Assembly: GCA_964016885.1 (NCBI GenBank)
Contig: OZ024744.1
Coordinates: forward strand, 103,726,001-103,790,000
Source: Eledone cirrhosa
Lineage: Eukaryota
Direction of reading: 5' to 3'
Length of the DNA: 64,000 nucleotides
Made by a program: the position numbers and the translations under genes. Under the pieces are notes generated by a model. That model saw only the letters and a list, made by a program, of their open reading frames with translations. It searched no databases and was not told where the DNA came from. Of this stretch, positions 24,990-38,530 are shown in pieces; within the stretch, counting starts at the first letter, position 1; each line of letters begins with the position of its first letter.

Positions 24990-26965
24990 TCCCTCATGAA
25001 GAATGCACCTCCCAACATTGTTAGTGACCTAATAGTTAGTCAGGGCTAGACGTACTTTACGACAGAAGAATACCTTGAGGAGAAGATTATTGAAGTTGAA
25101 GAACACCACAGCCAGTAACAAATTCAAAAGCATATTACTTGATGCTTTTGACAGTAAGGAAGAGCAATTAGAGACGTACAATATAGAGGAACAGTGGGTA
25201 TTTCTGAAAGTTAACCTGCTGAAGGCGACAGATGAAATCTGTGGCTGGAGCAGACCTTTAGGGAGGAGGAGAGTGACATGGTGGTGGAACAGTAAGGTGG
25301 AGGAGTCAATCAATGCCAAAAATCTGGCTTGGAAAGAATGGCAGGATGGGGGTAGTAGAGAACGCTGTCAAGAAGCTAGGCGACAAGTGTATTTTGCAAA
25401 AAGGGAAGCAGAGGATAGTTCCAGCATATTCTGCAATGTGAGAACCAAAAATGTGAGGTATTCAGGATCGCTAGACAATATGTCAAGGAGAATTGTTATA
25501 TTGTCTGGGAGACGTGTGTCTGTAATGATGATGGTGTACTTGACCTCACTGATAGTAATAAAAAGGTAGCTTGGCAGTGTCACTACGAGAGACTACTGAA
25601 TATGAAGAATAAATGAGAGAAAGATAGTCTTCCCCACATTGATCCAACAGAAGGACCAACTGTGCAAGTTAATGGTAGTATAATAAGTAAAGCAATAAAA
25701 AATGTGAAGACAGGCAAGGCAGCTGGGCCTTCGGGGATAGTTGCTGAAATGTTGAAAGCATCTGGAATGATGGGACATACTATGGTCACCCAGATAGTAA
25801 ATCAAGTAATACAGAATGGGGTCATACCAAAGGACTGGCATAGCAGCAGCATCGTCAACTGTACAAGGGCAAAAGAGATTCTCTAGATAGAGGAAACTAT
25901 AGAGCCATTAAGTTAGTTGACCAGGTCATGAAGGTCTCAGAAAGAGTTATCACTCAACTGATTAGAGACCGAATTGATCTAGATGAAATGCAGTTTGGGT
26001 TTGTGTCAGGTAAATAGCACCATGGATGCTCTCTTCCTTGTATGGCAACTACGGGAGAAGTACCTAGCTAAAAGTAAAACCCTCTACTTAGCTTTTGTTG
26101 ACTTGAAGAAAACCTTTTGACAGAGGCTCCTGTTCCATTATCTGATGGGCTCTTAGAAAATTAGGAGTAGAGAGAGTGGCTTTTTAAAGCTATACAAGCC
26201 ATGTATAGAGAAAGAGTCAGCAAGGTTAGAATTAACAATGAATATAGTGAAGAATTTAGCTTAAAAGTAGGTGTTCATCAAGGCTCCGTCCTTAGCCTCC
26301 TCCTGTTTATTATTGCCCTACAGGCTATAACAGAAGAGTTTAAGACTGGCTGCCCATGAGAACTTCTATATGCAGATGATCTAACTCTCATAGCTGAATC
26401 TATGGCTGAACTAGAGAAGAAATTCCAAACATGGAAGCATGGCCTAGAATCAAAAGGCCTTAAATTTAACTTGTCTAAGACTAAAGTTCTAGTATGTAGA
26501 ATGGGAAATGGCCATGCTCAGTGTGTAGGAAAGGAGTAGGTAGAAATTCCATTCTATGACCCAAATGCAAACTATGGGTACATAAAAGATGTAGTGGGAT
26601 CACAGGCAAGCTATCTAAGAATGTAGATTTTATATGTAGCCAATGTTCAGGTGCAGTAAGAAGCAAGTGCCCACCGGATACTATCTCCTTCAACTGCGCA
26701 GATGGTTCTATAGAAATGGTAGACACTTTCCGTTACCTGGGTGACAAAATCAGCAGTGGAGGAGGGTGCTCTGGAGGTACAGTAGCCAGAGATAGAACAG
26801 GATGGAAAACGTTCAGAGAGCTTATACTGCTGTTGGCCATAAAAGGTTTCTCTCTAAAAATGAAAGGCAGATTATATGATGCAATGTATACGAATGGCAA
26901 TGTTACATGGCAGTGAGACCTGGGCGTTGAGTGCAGAGGACCTGTGCAGACTGGGAAGGAACGAG
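24990..26965 (+). mobile_element. Decayed RTE LINE
   Basis: TWWWN, KTGKAAGPSGIVAEMLK, RT core remnants and VDTFRYLGD..KGRLY. Confidence 0.85.
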
Positions 26966-27335
26966 TTTATATATAATATCGTCTTTTTTTAAATGTATCA
27001 TGGATTACTTTACTGATCACATAAGACAGTGTAACACAGTATCTCTTCAATTTCTGTGCATATTCTCAATTACGATTTTATTTGACTTATCATATCTACA
27101 TGCATGTATATTTGCGTATAATATCAATATGCACACTACACATGCTAGCAGGGTTGTTTTTCTGCTAGTATATAAAATTAGTTACAACAGTGACATATAA
27201 CTAATTATACTTACCGCGTCCTATGGACTGAGTACTCTTACCCTTGTATATTTCTCCCAAACTTATACTACAATATATATATATATATATTTATGATGCT
27301 GTCTCTTATTTATGTGTATTATATTTCATCATATA

Positions 27336-28215
27336 CAGGGTGTGGACGATATTTGTTCGCAATTTTCAACTGCTAATTTTATGCAAATTTTTTTACTTCC
27401 GTTGTCACTTTGTCTTCATAAAAACAGTGACTATATTTCCATTATTTATTTTCATAATAATTGATTATGAATAATTTTGAACCTCCAAATTTATGGAAGA
27501 GTCACAGAGTTCTTCTTGGAATACACGCCGGGAAGACAAATAAGGACCAGAAGATCAACTCTCAGAACAACAGGTGGCTCGCTGTCTCATCCAAAGACGT
27601 GCCCAGAGTCATGCAGACAAAGTTTCCAGCGACAACATTGGTCTTAGGTGTCGTCAGCAGTTAAGGTGACATCATGCCACCTCACTTCTTCCTTGAGGGC
27701 CTCAAGCTGAACACCGATGGCTACATCTGCGTTCTGGGCGAGGTAGTAAAGCCCTGGATTGACCAGGTAGCTGCAGGTAGGCCGTACGTGTGGCAGCAAG
27801 ACTCAGCGCCCTGCCATACCAGCCAAAAAACCCAAGCCTGGCTGTCAGAGGACTTTGTCGACCACATTTCACCTGACATCTGGCCTCCCAGCTCACCTGA
27901 CTGCAACCCCCTCGACTTCTTTGTGTGGGGTGCAGTGGAACGAGACACCAACAGATCTAGCTGCAATACGAAAGACGATCTGAAGGCCAGGATCACAAGT
28001 GCCTTTAGGGACCTAAGTCGGGGGACAGTGACGAAGGCCTGTAGCCGGTTCCGAGGCCGTCATCAAAGCCAATGGTGGGTTTATCGAGTGAGATCGAAAG
28101 AACAAGTCATGAAGACAAACTGACCCAAGTTTGATAAATATATCTTAAAAAATAAAACTACTGTGTTATTTTTTCCTAGACAGTAATCTTGCGAACAAAT
28201 ATCATCCGCACCCTG
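27336..28215 (+). mobile_element. DD37D (maT-type) transposon, internally deleted; second copy, inverted relative to 13135
   Basis: 27-bp TIRs CAGGGTGTGGACGATATTTGTTCGCAA with 2 mismatches, TA flanks and the same transposase C-terminus. Confidence 0.9.
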
Positions 28216-28639
28216 TATATCTCATCACCACACACTCTCTATATACTTATCATGAAGAAAATCACCATGATAATTCCGTCTATCTATCTCTTTGTCTCTC
28301 CCTCTCTTTCTCTCTATATCTCTCTCTCACCTATCCTGCCAGGCTTCGACTTAACTTCGTTCAATCATTACTCGCTAACAGTTATGGATGGTTAAATTAT
28401 TTCACAACATCCACCTTCTCTCAGATGTCCCCTTCACAACAATGTGTATTTTATATAACTGCTGCTGCTACTACTATTATCTTCCCTATCCCACCTGGAG
28501 AATTTTTGTTTATTGTTACCTATGGATGAGCTGGAATGATGGTATAACCCTGAATATAATATGAACCCACACATTCCCAGGGGACCTTAGAAATCATTTA
28601 CTCACCATCCCGCAAAAACTCCCCCACCATTGATGGAAA

Positions 28640-31600
28640 ATGCCCCAAATTCTAAATTGGCACCATCAAAGAAAGAACAGGAGAAATTGAAGAGATGTTA
28701 GAGTGAAAGGAAATTGATTAGTGCGTTGCGCAAGAGGAGAGTCAGCTAGACACCTGGCAGGCAAAAAAACAAAATGCTACATATTTTTCTTGATGAGAAA
28801 TGACAATGGCCTGGGTGGAGTAGGTATACTTTTAGCTGATAAACTCAGGCTAGTCTTAAATAAAACAATTGCCACAATTATATCAGCTTATGCACCCCAA
28901 TCTGGGTTGTTAGATGAACTCAAGGATAGGTTTTATGTGTCCCTAATGCACACTACCACTCTAACGAATCACTATGACTTCCTACTCATTGCAGGGGACT
29001 TTAACGGACATGTTGGGAAACACTGTGACAGCTTCTATAGAGTCCATGGAGGCTACGGGTTTGGCACAAGAAATGAAGAAGGTTACAAGTGTAGCGCTCT
29101 CTAGACAAGAAGTAGCTGGAGTTACTTCCCGTTGAAATTTCTAGAACCTTCTTTGTGACTTCCGTCCAGGGAACTATAAAGGAGAGAGCTGAAAGCTATC
29201 TTCCTCTTTTTTCACCTTTTGGTTACCTGGCCTTCGGCCAGACGCGTTACGCCGAAGGTATACTCTCTCTTTGGCGCTTTCCTTCGAACCAACAACACTG
29301 GAGATGAACATGTTAATCACAAGCTTGGACTAAACCTAAATATGCGTGAGGATATTTTATGTACCACGATTATGACGGAGTTAAAATAAAATGAAGACTT
29401 GTATTAGATATAGTGTTTTGTAAATATATCTTATCCTTTTCTGTATAAAAATTAGTAGTTAGATTCTGGTGATATTTACTCAAGTAAATAATCCTGGGTC
29501 TGACAGAACACTAAACAGGCTTCTAGAATTCTGTGATGCCAATGACCTGTCGATATGTAACACAAACTTCAAAAAACCTGACAACCACCTGATCACCTAT
29601 TGATCTGGGGAGTATTTTAGTCAGATAGATTTTATCCTTACCAGAGGATGAGATAGATGGATGGTTGTCAACACGAAAGCCTTCCAGGATGAGGAATGTA
29701 CTTCCCAACACAGCCTAGTAGTCAGCGATCTCACTGTCAGACCTAGACAAACTTTGAAATAAAAGGCAACTTGAAGAAGAAAGATTTGGAAGCTGAAAGA
29801 TCCCTCAGCCAGTAACAAATTTAGAGATATTTTACTTGACATTTATGACAGTAAAGAAAAACAGATAGACATTCAATACAGAAGAGCACTGGGAATTCCT
29901 AAAAAATAACCTACTAAAGGCGACAGACGAGATCTCTGATTGGAGCAAGGCTACAGGGAGAAGGAGAGTGACTTGGTGATGGAACAATAAGGTAGATGAG
30001 GCAGTTAAGACTAAGAGACAGGCATGGAAACAATGGAAGAATGGTGGAAGCAGGGTACATTACATAGAGACCAAGAGGGAAGCTAGGCGACAAGTTTACT
30101 TAGCTAGAAAGGAAACTGAGGATAAAAATTCAAGCATGTTTTGCAGTGTGAGGACCAGAAACAGGAGTTATTCAGGATTGTGAGGCAGTGTGTTAGAGAA
30201 AATTGTGGTGTCATTGGAAAGAAGTGTATCTGGGATGATAAAGGTTCACTTGCCCTCACAAGTACCAAGAAGAAAGCTGCTTGGAAGAGCCATTATGAAA
30301 GATTATTAAATGAGGAGAATGCATGGGAGAAAGAGACTCTACCCCAAGTGGACCCCATTGAGTGCCGAGCAGTACAAGTCAGCAGCAGTGTAGTATGTAG
30401 GGCAATTAAAGATATGAAAGCTGGGAAAGCAGGTGGTCCATCAGGAATAAATAGTTGCTGCGATGCCGAAAGCATCTGGATCGGTAGGACACAGCATAAC
30501 CACACGTATTGTTAACCAAGTAATACTAGAAGGTGTCATACCAAAAGATTGGTGCAGCCACATCATTGTCAACTGCTACAAGGGTAAAAGAGATGCACTA
30601 GCCAGAGGAAACTATAGAGGCATAAAGCTGATGGACCAGGTCATGAAAGTAACGAAAAGAGTTATAGCACAGTTGATTAGGGACCGGGTAAAACTAGATG
30701 AGATGCAGTTTGGGTGTGTTCCAGGCAAAAGCACCACTGATGCCCTCTTCCTTGTGAGGCAGTTACAGGAAAAGTATGTAGCTAAAAGTAAGCCGCTCTA
30801 CCTGGCATTTGTCGATCTGGAAAAAGCCTTTGATAGAGTGCCCCATGCTATAATTGGGTGGGCTTTTAGAAAACTAGGAGTAGATGAATGGCTTGTGAAA
30901 GCTGTACAAGCCATGTATAGGGGAGCAGTCAGAAAAGTCAGGATTAAGAATGACTATAGTGAGGAATTTAGCAGGTCAGTGACCACCAGGGGTGTTCTTA
31001 GCCTGCTCCTGTTCATTATAGTATTGCAGGCAATAACAGAGGAGTTTAAGACTGTGAACTCCCATGGGAACTCCTGTACACAGATGATCTTACACTCATA
31101 GCTGAATCTATTGTAGAACTAGAGAAGAAATTCCAAACATGAAACAGGGCCTAGAAAAAAAGAGTCTTAAAACCAACCTGACAAAGACTAAGGTCCTAGT
31201 AAGTAGAAGAGAAAAAAGTACCCAGATCCCCTTGAGGAAATGGCATGGCTCAGTATGTAGGAAAGGTGTAGGTAGAAATTCCATCCTCTGTTCCAAATGC
31301 AAACTGGGTACACAAAAGATGTAATGGGATCTCAGGAAGTTTAGCTAAGAATGTAGGATTTACATGTAGCAGTTGCACCAGGAGAGTAAGCAGAGGGGGC
31401 TCTGTAGAAACAGGTGAGAGCTTCTGCTACTTAGGTGACCAAATTAGCAGCAGTGGTGGGTGTTCTGAAAGTACAGTAGCCAGAATAAGAAACGGATGGA
31501 AGAAATTTAGGGAGCTACTACCACTGCTAGCTGCAAAAGGCTTTTCCCTCAAAATGAAAGGCAGACTGTATGATGCATACAAACAGCAATGTTGCATGGT

Positions 31601-32338
31601 AGTGAGTCCTGGGCGCTGTGTGCAGAAGACTTGCGTAGATTGGAAAGAAATGAATCCTGCATGCTCCGATGGATGTGTAATAGTAATATACGAGAACAGT
31701 GAAGCATAAATGAACTGTGAGAGGAATCAAATGCTGTGTGCAGGAGAGGAGGTTGTGTTGGTATGGATATGTGATGCATATCAAGGATGACAGCTGCATA
31801 AAAATGTGTAGAGTGCTAAAAGTCGATGGAAGCCTTGGATTTGGGAGAGCCAAGAAGACTTGGGATGAGGTGATAAAAGCTGACCTTGCCCAATTGCACC
31901 TCTCAACGGTGATGACACAGGGCCGAGGCCTCGGGTGATATGCAGTAATACAGAAGACCCAACTTCCCATGGGCAGAAGCTGAAGCATATATACAGTATG
32001 CCCCAACCCATCCTCCTTATACACCCCCATGAGGACAGGCCACAGTAAATGCATCTAGTGAAGCCCCCAGTCGACACTGTAAAGTGGTTGTGATGGTGAC
32101 ATGGCAAAAAGGGCCAAGCCCACATTGTAAAGTGGTTGTGTAGGTGTCACGACAAAAGGCACGCAGTATTCACTGTAAATGAGGTTGGTGTTAGGAAGGG
32201 CATCCAGTTGTAGAAACCAAGCTAGAATCAGTCATGTAAGAGCAAGACATGGTCAGCTGACCTAGCATTGCCCACAACAGGACAACTCGTCTAACCCATG
32301 CTAGCATGGAAAATAGATGTAAAACGGTGATGATGACA
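28640..32338 (+). mobile_element. Near full-length decayed RTE LINE with a nested solo LTR
   Basis: SAYAPQ and GDFNGHVG (APE); NYRGIKL and FVDLEKAFDRV (RT); C-terminal region, 3' UTR and (GAT)n tail. Confidence 0.85.
29090..29515 (+). mobile_element. Solo LTR (TGTAGCG...CACTAAA)
   Basis: Interrupts the RTE at EEG.|RLLEFCDA with flanks CAAG/CAGG. Its start and end match the minus-strand LTR at 33053-32584. Confidence 0.75.
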
Positions 32339-32342
32339 TGTA

Positions 32343-33053
32343 TTTAGTGTATTGGCCATACATAGGGTTATTTACTCCAGTAAACGCCAAGTTAGAAGCA
32401 TTTGAACGTTGTCACCACGTGAGGTGGGAATAGAAATTTTTTTTTTTTTTTTCTTCATTCTTCAGTTGGTGTTATTTTACGTTAGGGTCACCATTTTAGT
32501 AGTTGATGTTTCACTCCATCTGGGTCACCATTTTAGTAGTTTGCTCGGGGTCACCATTTTTGTAGTTTGTTCGGGGTCACCATTTTAGTGTATTGGCCAT
32601 AGGGTTATTTACTCCAGTAAATATCACTACATGCCAACCACTAATTTAATTTGTTTAGAAGATGTAAAAGAAATGACGATGCAGTAATTGAAACATGACA
32701 AATACTTCGGAAAAGTGTATCAGTAATGATTTGCATTTATTGAAGAAGCTTATTACAATTTTGGTAGTGAAACGTACCTCGCGCCATGATGTGGTATAAT
32801 CCTGAGGTATAGGATTAGAAAAGGTTTAGCATCTGTGCTTGGTGTGGTCAGTTCTAGAGCCGTTGGTGAAAGAGAGTATACCTTTTTGGTGTAACCATGC
32901 CTGGCCTTAAGGTCAGGCAGCCAAGAGGTGAAAAAGAGATAGATTGTCCTTTGCTCCTTCTTTTATAATCTCTGAAACGGAAGTTCAAGGAGTATTCTAT
33001 AAATTCCACAGGAAGTAACTTTGGCTACTTCCCTTTGTCTAGAGAGCGCTACA
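32343..33053 (-). mobile_element. Deleted LTR element: 5' LTR, four tandem PBS copies and a 42-bp remnant of the 3' LTR
   Basis: TSD TGTA (32339-32342 and 33054-33057). LTR 33053-32584; TGGTGACCC four times in 32485-32582; LTR end repeated at 32343-32384. Confidence 0.8.
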
Positions 33054-33654
33054 TGTATATACACACAAATATATATATATATATATATCATCATGATGTA
33101 TATATATATTATGTTGGTACCACAAAATATCCAGCCCACACTAAAAAGTGGTTGTGTAGGTGTCATGACAAAAAGCACCCAGGCAGGCTTACAAAGAATG
33201 TAGCCTTTATATGTGGTTGGTGAACAAGAGCAATAAATAGCAAGAGCTCTCAGGATACAATCACCTTCAAATGCCCAGAGGGCTCTATAGAAATGGTGGA
33301 TAGTTTCAGTTACCTGGGTGTCCAAATTAGCAGTGTTCTGAAAATACAGTAGCCAGAGTGAGATCGGGTTGGAGAAAGTTCAGGGATCTACTATCGCTGC
33401 TAACTTCAAAAGGTTTTTCCCTCAAAATGAAAGGTAATAAGAGCTGACTTTGATCAATTACATCTCACTAAGGCGATGACACAGGACAGTGAACTCTGGC
33501 TATACAGAAGAACCGCCCTCTATTATTCTTGGGCTGAGGCATATATCTAGTAAGCAACACCATTCCCTACCATCTCCTCTCTCATAAACCTCCCTTATAC
33601 CTACATCCCCAAGTTTCCAACCTCCTCTATAAAGTGATTCCCCCTGATGCCACG

Positions 33655-33975
33655 ACAAAAGAGCCCAGCCCACACTGTGAAGTAGTCATGTAGGTGACAT
33701 GACAAGAAGCACCCAGCCCACACTGTGAAGTAGTCATGTAGATGTCACGACAAGAAGCATGCAGTCCATGCTGTAAAGTGGTCATGTAGGTGTCATGACG
33801 AAAAGCACCCAGTCCACACTGTAAAGTGATCATGTGGGTGTCTCGAAAAAAGGCACCCAGTTCACACTGTAAACAAGTCATGTAGGTTCCATGACAAAAA
33901 AACACCCAGTCTTCACTGGAAGTGGTCATGTGGGTGACACCACAAAAAGGACCTAATACACACTGTAAATGTGGT
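33655..33975 (+). repeat. 48-bp minisatellite, about 7 copies, within an RTE-type 3' UTR
   Basis: cacactgt recurs at 33671, 33719, 33767, 33815, 33863, about 33911 and 33959. Confidence 0.85.
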
Positions 33976-34129
33976 TGGCGTTAGGAAGGACATCCAGCTG
34001 TAGAAACCAAGCCAAAATCATTTCTGTGTGAGTAAATTAACAGTCCTCCTACCTGATCCCTCACAAAGGGACAACCTGTCCTACCCAAGCTAGCACGGAA
34101 GATGGACGTTAAATGATGATGATGTATCC

Positions 34130-35175
34130 AACCTTTGGGCATAAAGAAAAATAATTTTCTACATTTAACAAATGTTATTTAATCTTCTTCAAAATACTCC
34201 CCTTGGGAGTACACACACTTCGCCTAGCATTCTGCCACTGCTGGTAACACTTCAGGAACACCTCTGGAGTGCTATGGAGCTCTGTCCTCTCTTTTCTCAT
34301 AATTTTCTCCTGTGACACAGTTTGTTTCCCTTTCAGCATAGTTTTCTGATTGGGGAAGAGCCAGAAGTCACATGGTGCCATATCAGTAGAATAGAGAGCT
34401 TGTCAAACAAGTAGTGTGTTGATCTTGACCAGAAAATTTGGATTATGTAGGTGGAGTGAGTGGGTACATGGTTGTGGTGAAGTTGCCAATTCTTCGCCAT
34501 CCACATGTTCAGCCACTTTCAACACACAGCATCCTGAAGGCAACATATAACCTCCAGTTAGTATTCCTTATTGATTGTTTGGCCTTGTAGTATATATTCA
34601 TGATGCACTATACAATAGGAGTCAAAGGAACAGGTCAACATTACCTTCATATTGCTGCGAACCTGTCATGCTTTTTGCGGCCTTGGTCAAGACAGATGCT
34701 TCCATTGGGAGGACTGGAACTTGTTTTCTGAGTCATAACTATAAACCATGTCTCATCACCCTTGGTGATGGTCTTAATAAAGTATGGGTCCTCGTTTGCA
34801 CAGTACAGCATGTCCCAAGCAATTTCAAAGCAGAGTTGCTTCTGCTGCTTCACCAGCACATTGGGGATGAATTTCACTGACATTTAGCATGCAAAAATCC
34901 TCTGTCAAAATGGAATTCACTGATCCTGTGCTTATTCCCACTTCTTGAACAATTTTCTGGATTGTTACTCAATGGTCTTCCATGACTATTGCTGAACTTT
35001 CTCAATCAGCTCTGCATTTTTTGAGTTTGTGGGTAACCTGCCTGAGTGTGCCTGTTCTCCACTGAGGTGTGGCCATGTTTGAAGTGGTTATACCACTCCT
35101 TAATCTGAATTTTTCCCATGGCAATATCACCAAAGGCCTACTGAATCTTCTGGATGGTTGGAGTTTGAGTATCAC
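34130..35175 (-). mobile_element. Decayed mariner transposon
   Basis: ITKGDETW and MAPCDFWLFP..KTMLKG motifs; boundaries approximate. Confidence 0.75.
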
Positions 35176-35199
35176 TATTTGTGATACTGAGTCCTGCAG

Positions 35200-35405
35200 T
35201 GGCTTTTAAAGCCTGCTAGAGACTTGCATGTTTTCCAACATTCAGCTCTTCAATACATCTACAAAGAGTAAGTTATAATTTTAAAACGTTTTGTAATTTT
35301 TATTGAACATATTAATGTGTATGTTTATATGTTATACATATCAATTTATTTTAGATAAGACTTCATAGAATAATTTGGTCTTGTTTGATACCATATCTCT
35401 ACAGG
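35200..35405 (+). pseudogene. Two possible degenerate small exons (35200-35267 and 35355-35405)
   Basis: cAG..GTAAGT (68 nt) and ttttAG..G|GTAAGT (51 nt). The first donor context resembles that of exon copies A-C. Both have stops in the phase-1 frame. Confidence 0.3.
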
Positions 35406-36119
35406 GTAAGTCATTATTTAATCACCCTTTCTAATTTTTAACCGTCTGTTACATATACATGTGTATTTGTTAGCATTCTATGTTGTGTTCAGATATGTCA
35501 AACAATTTTAATGATAAATATGTCTGCCATACTGGATAACAACATAGCTTCAATGTCTTGTGAAATTTATAATCTGAAGATGTTAAAATATCATATAGTA
35601 ACACAACTATGGAGACTGCAGAAGGTTGCCAACAGTATTTTGTAATATTATACCAATGTTTAAAGCTTGTGACCAAACATGGTAGATATATTCATTACTT
35701 AATGTTATAAACTTTTATTCATATTTCCTATTTTACAAAAAGTTGTCCATGTCTTTTGTGTTTGTCAAACTATATAGTTTATTATATTTTGATCACATTT
35801 TAGGTGACTGTTATTCAACTGAAAGTGTTGATAATATTGAAGAGATTTCATGTGCTCTGAAGTTTATTTTGAGAAGAAGAAACAATTGAAAATGAAAAAA
35901 ATAATATCAATTCTTCATATGTGTATATATATATATACACTGCTATCTGTTAAGGCCAATAACATTGTTAGAACTCCATGCAATCTTGAAGAGATAATTC
36001 CAATGAGATCATACAGTGAGAGCTATTGTTTTTGAAGTCGCTCACATCACATAAGATTCCATTGTAGATTCTTAGCAAGTGACAGAGTCATATATATGTG
36101 GGTGTCTTATATATATTAA

Positions 36120-36228
36120 TTTATCAATATATCGATATATCGATTTATCATGATCAATCAACAGTCTGAAATGATCATAAAACAATAAACTAATTAACAA
36201 CCTATATTCGCTTTTTGTTTTATTTTCA
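36120..36228 (+). repeat. About 105-bp AT-rich segment repeated at 39061-39160
   Basis: atcgatttatcatgatcaatcaacagtctgaaatgatc..ttattttca is present twice. Confidence 0.85.
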
Positions 36229-36374
36229 TTGGTCAAAACATTTATATATACATATTTAACTAGCAGAAGTATATGGTGGTGCCTGGGTTTTGTATGAAAT
36301 TATTTTAAGAGAGTAAAATAGGATTTCAGGGAGAATTGACTACTGTTTCTAGCATGAATCTATTAAGTTAGACA

Positions 36375-37150
36375 TGTGTGGAGGACCTGCGAAGATTGGA
36401 AAGAAAGGAAGCCTCCATGCTTCACTGGATGTGCATTAGCAATATACGTGAACAGCAAAGTATAGATACACTGAGTGAGAAATTAGGCTTAAGAGGGATC
36501 AGTTGTTGCATGCAGGAGAGGAGATTGCGTTGGTATGGACATGTGATGCGTATGAAGGATGACAGCAATATAAAAAGGTGCAGAGTGCTCAAAGTCAATG
36601 GTAGCCATGGTGTGGGCAGGCCAAGGAAGACTTGAGATGAGGTAATAAAAGCTGACCGTGCACAATTATACCTCTTAAAGGCAATGACTGAGGACCGCGA
36701 CCTCTGGTGCTATTGTTCTCAGGATGAGGCCTATACCTAGTAGGCAGCACCTTCCTCAACCTGCTATCCCCTCTCACTCACCTTCCTTAGTGGTAATCAT
36801 ACCTCCCTACTACCCTGTCCACATCTTTTTGCCCCAAGCCCCCTCCACCCTCCCTAGTCCCACTGTGTTATGTAGGTGACACAACAAAGGTGTCCAGTCC
36901 ACACTGTAAATGTGGTTGGCATTAGGAAGGGCATCCTGCTGTAGAAAACCAGCCCCAAAACACCTAGCCCACACTGTAAAGTGGATGTGTAAAAGACATG
37001 GCAAAAAGCACCCAGCACACACTGTCAATGTGGTTGGCATTAAGAAGGGCATCCAGCTGTAGAAAACCAGCCAGAAACACTCCTATATGAGCTAACATGG
37101 CCTCCTGACCCAACTTGCATCTAAATGGGACAAACCCTAGTTACTAGGTA
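36375..37150 (+). mobile_element. RTE LINE 3' fragment
   Basis: ERRLRWYGHVMRM..GRPRKT followed by 3' UTR repeats. Confidence 0.8.
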
Positions 37151-37640
37151 GGTCTAGCAATGACATCATCATATAGATGTTTGAAGCTCATAAGGGAGAT
37201 CTTTGTGTTGTATTAGAAATAGTAAACAAATCTCCCTCAAATCACCTACAATCTTCTTTGCTATATATTTATGTATGTAGGCCATCATTATTATCCTCAT
37301 TTAACATCCATTTTAATTGCTATCAACAGTTGGACAGGTCATGTTGAACCAAGACAATACTCAAGCCAAGCTAATAATCTCTGAGATGGACCAATTGCTT
37401 ACATACATTGCTATGATCTATTGCATGCCTTTTATCATGGTATCAACATTAGGGATAGTGTCATGTATTTCACACAAATGATGAATTCTGACAACTTTTC
37501 TATAGTTGCATACCTTTCCTACCATTAACCACATTACAGAGAATCTTGGCACCAACACAGGAGGTTGTCATTCCATTGACACCACTGACTAGATCTCCTG
37601 GCCTTTGTTTTATAATCTTTCCATGGCTAGATGTTTTACC

Positions 37641-37817
37641 TTGGCAGTATCGGTAGAGGGTCGGACGCCATGCTTTCCAGCATAGTTACTTCCCTTTACG
37701 ATCTGAGTTCAAATCCCGCCGAGGTTGACTTTGCCTTTCATCCTTACGGGGTCGATAAAATAAAGTACCAGTAATGCACTGGGTAATTTCTGGCCTTGTG
37801 TCTAAAGTAGAAACAAT
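37641..37817 (+). mobile_element. tRNA-derived SINE
   Basis: B-box gagttcaaatccc, conserved body gcctttcatccttacggggtcgataaaat; inverted copy at 49866-50050 and partial copy at about 50660-50780. Confidence 0.75.
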
Positions 37818-38144
37818 TAATTAGTTTACAGAGTGTATGTATCTAGTTGATCACTATAACTAAAGAGGTTGCCATGCCATTGACACAACTTAATATCTTA
37901 CTCAATACATTTGTGGCTTAGATTTTATTGTGGTATGTACTTCCTATAACAAACTACCTTACAGTGTGTACTTGCTGCATTTATTGTTGCACCACCACTA
38001 AAGTGGTTGGCAGTTATCATCATCATTTAACATCAGTTTTATCTACTAGCAATGTTTCAACAGTTCATACAGACTAAATCAATAATCAAGCTGAACCAAC
38101 ATCTTGTATCTCATATACATCTGTTACCACAGTGTACTGAGTGT

Positions 38145-38530
38145 TCAGATGGCCTTGGACTCCATCTCACATACATTCCCACCCTCTACAGAAAGCTCAG
38201 ATGAACTGGGGCTCTATCTCACACATATGTTTCCATGCTGTACTAAATTCTCAGATGGACTGAGGACTCCATTTCCAATAAGTTTCCCTGCTCTAATAAA
38301 TGATCAGATTATCTGGGTGTCCCACCTCACATATTTTCCCACCCTACACCAAATGATCAAATGGGCTTGGACTCCACATCACATACATTCCCATGTTTAG
38401 ATGGGTTTGGGCCTCCATCTTACATATGTTTCCATGTTCTACCAAATTCTCAGACGAGCTGGGGCAACCATTTCCCATACATTTCTATGATCTATTAAAT
38501 TCTCAGATGTGCTGAGGGTTCCATCTCACT
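38145..38530 (+). repeat. Degenerate tandem repeat, about 52-bp unit, 7-8 copies
   Basis: Recurring cagatg..ctccatctcacata..ttcc motif. Confidence 0.7.

Noticed and set aside
32343-32631. Apparent 290-bp micro-TRIM with 48-bp LTRs
   Set aside because: No TSD at those ends. The TSD (TGTA) brackets 32343-33053, so this is a normal LTR plus a truncated 3' LTR.
33655-33975. CRISPR-like periodicity
   Set aside because: The whole 48-bp unit repeats with no unique spacers, there are no cas genes, and the context is a eukaryotic LINE 3' UTR.
37641-37730. tRNA gene
   Set aside because: Only a B-box-like motif followed by a SINE body; no full cloverleaf, and several diverged copies are present.
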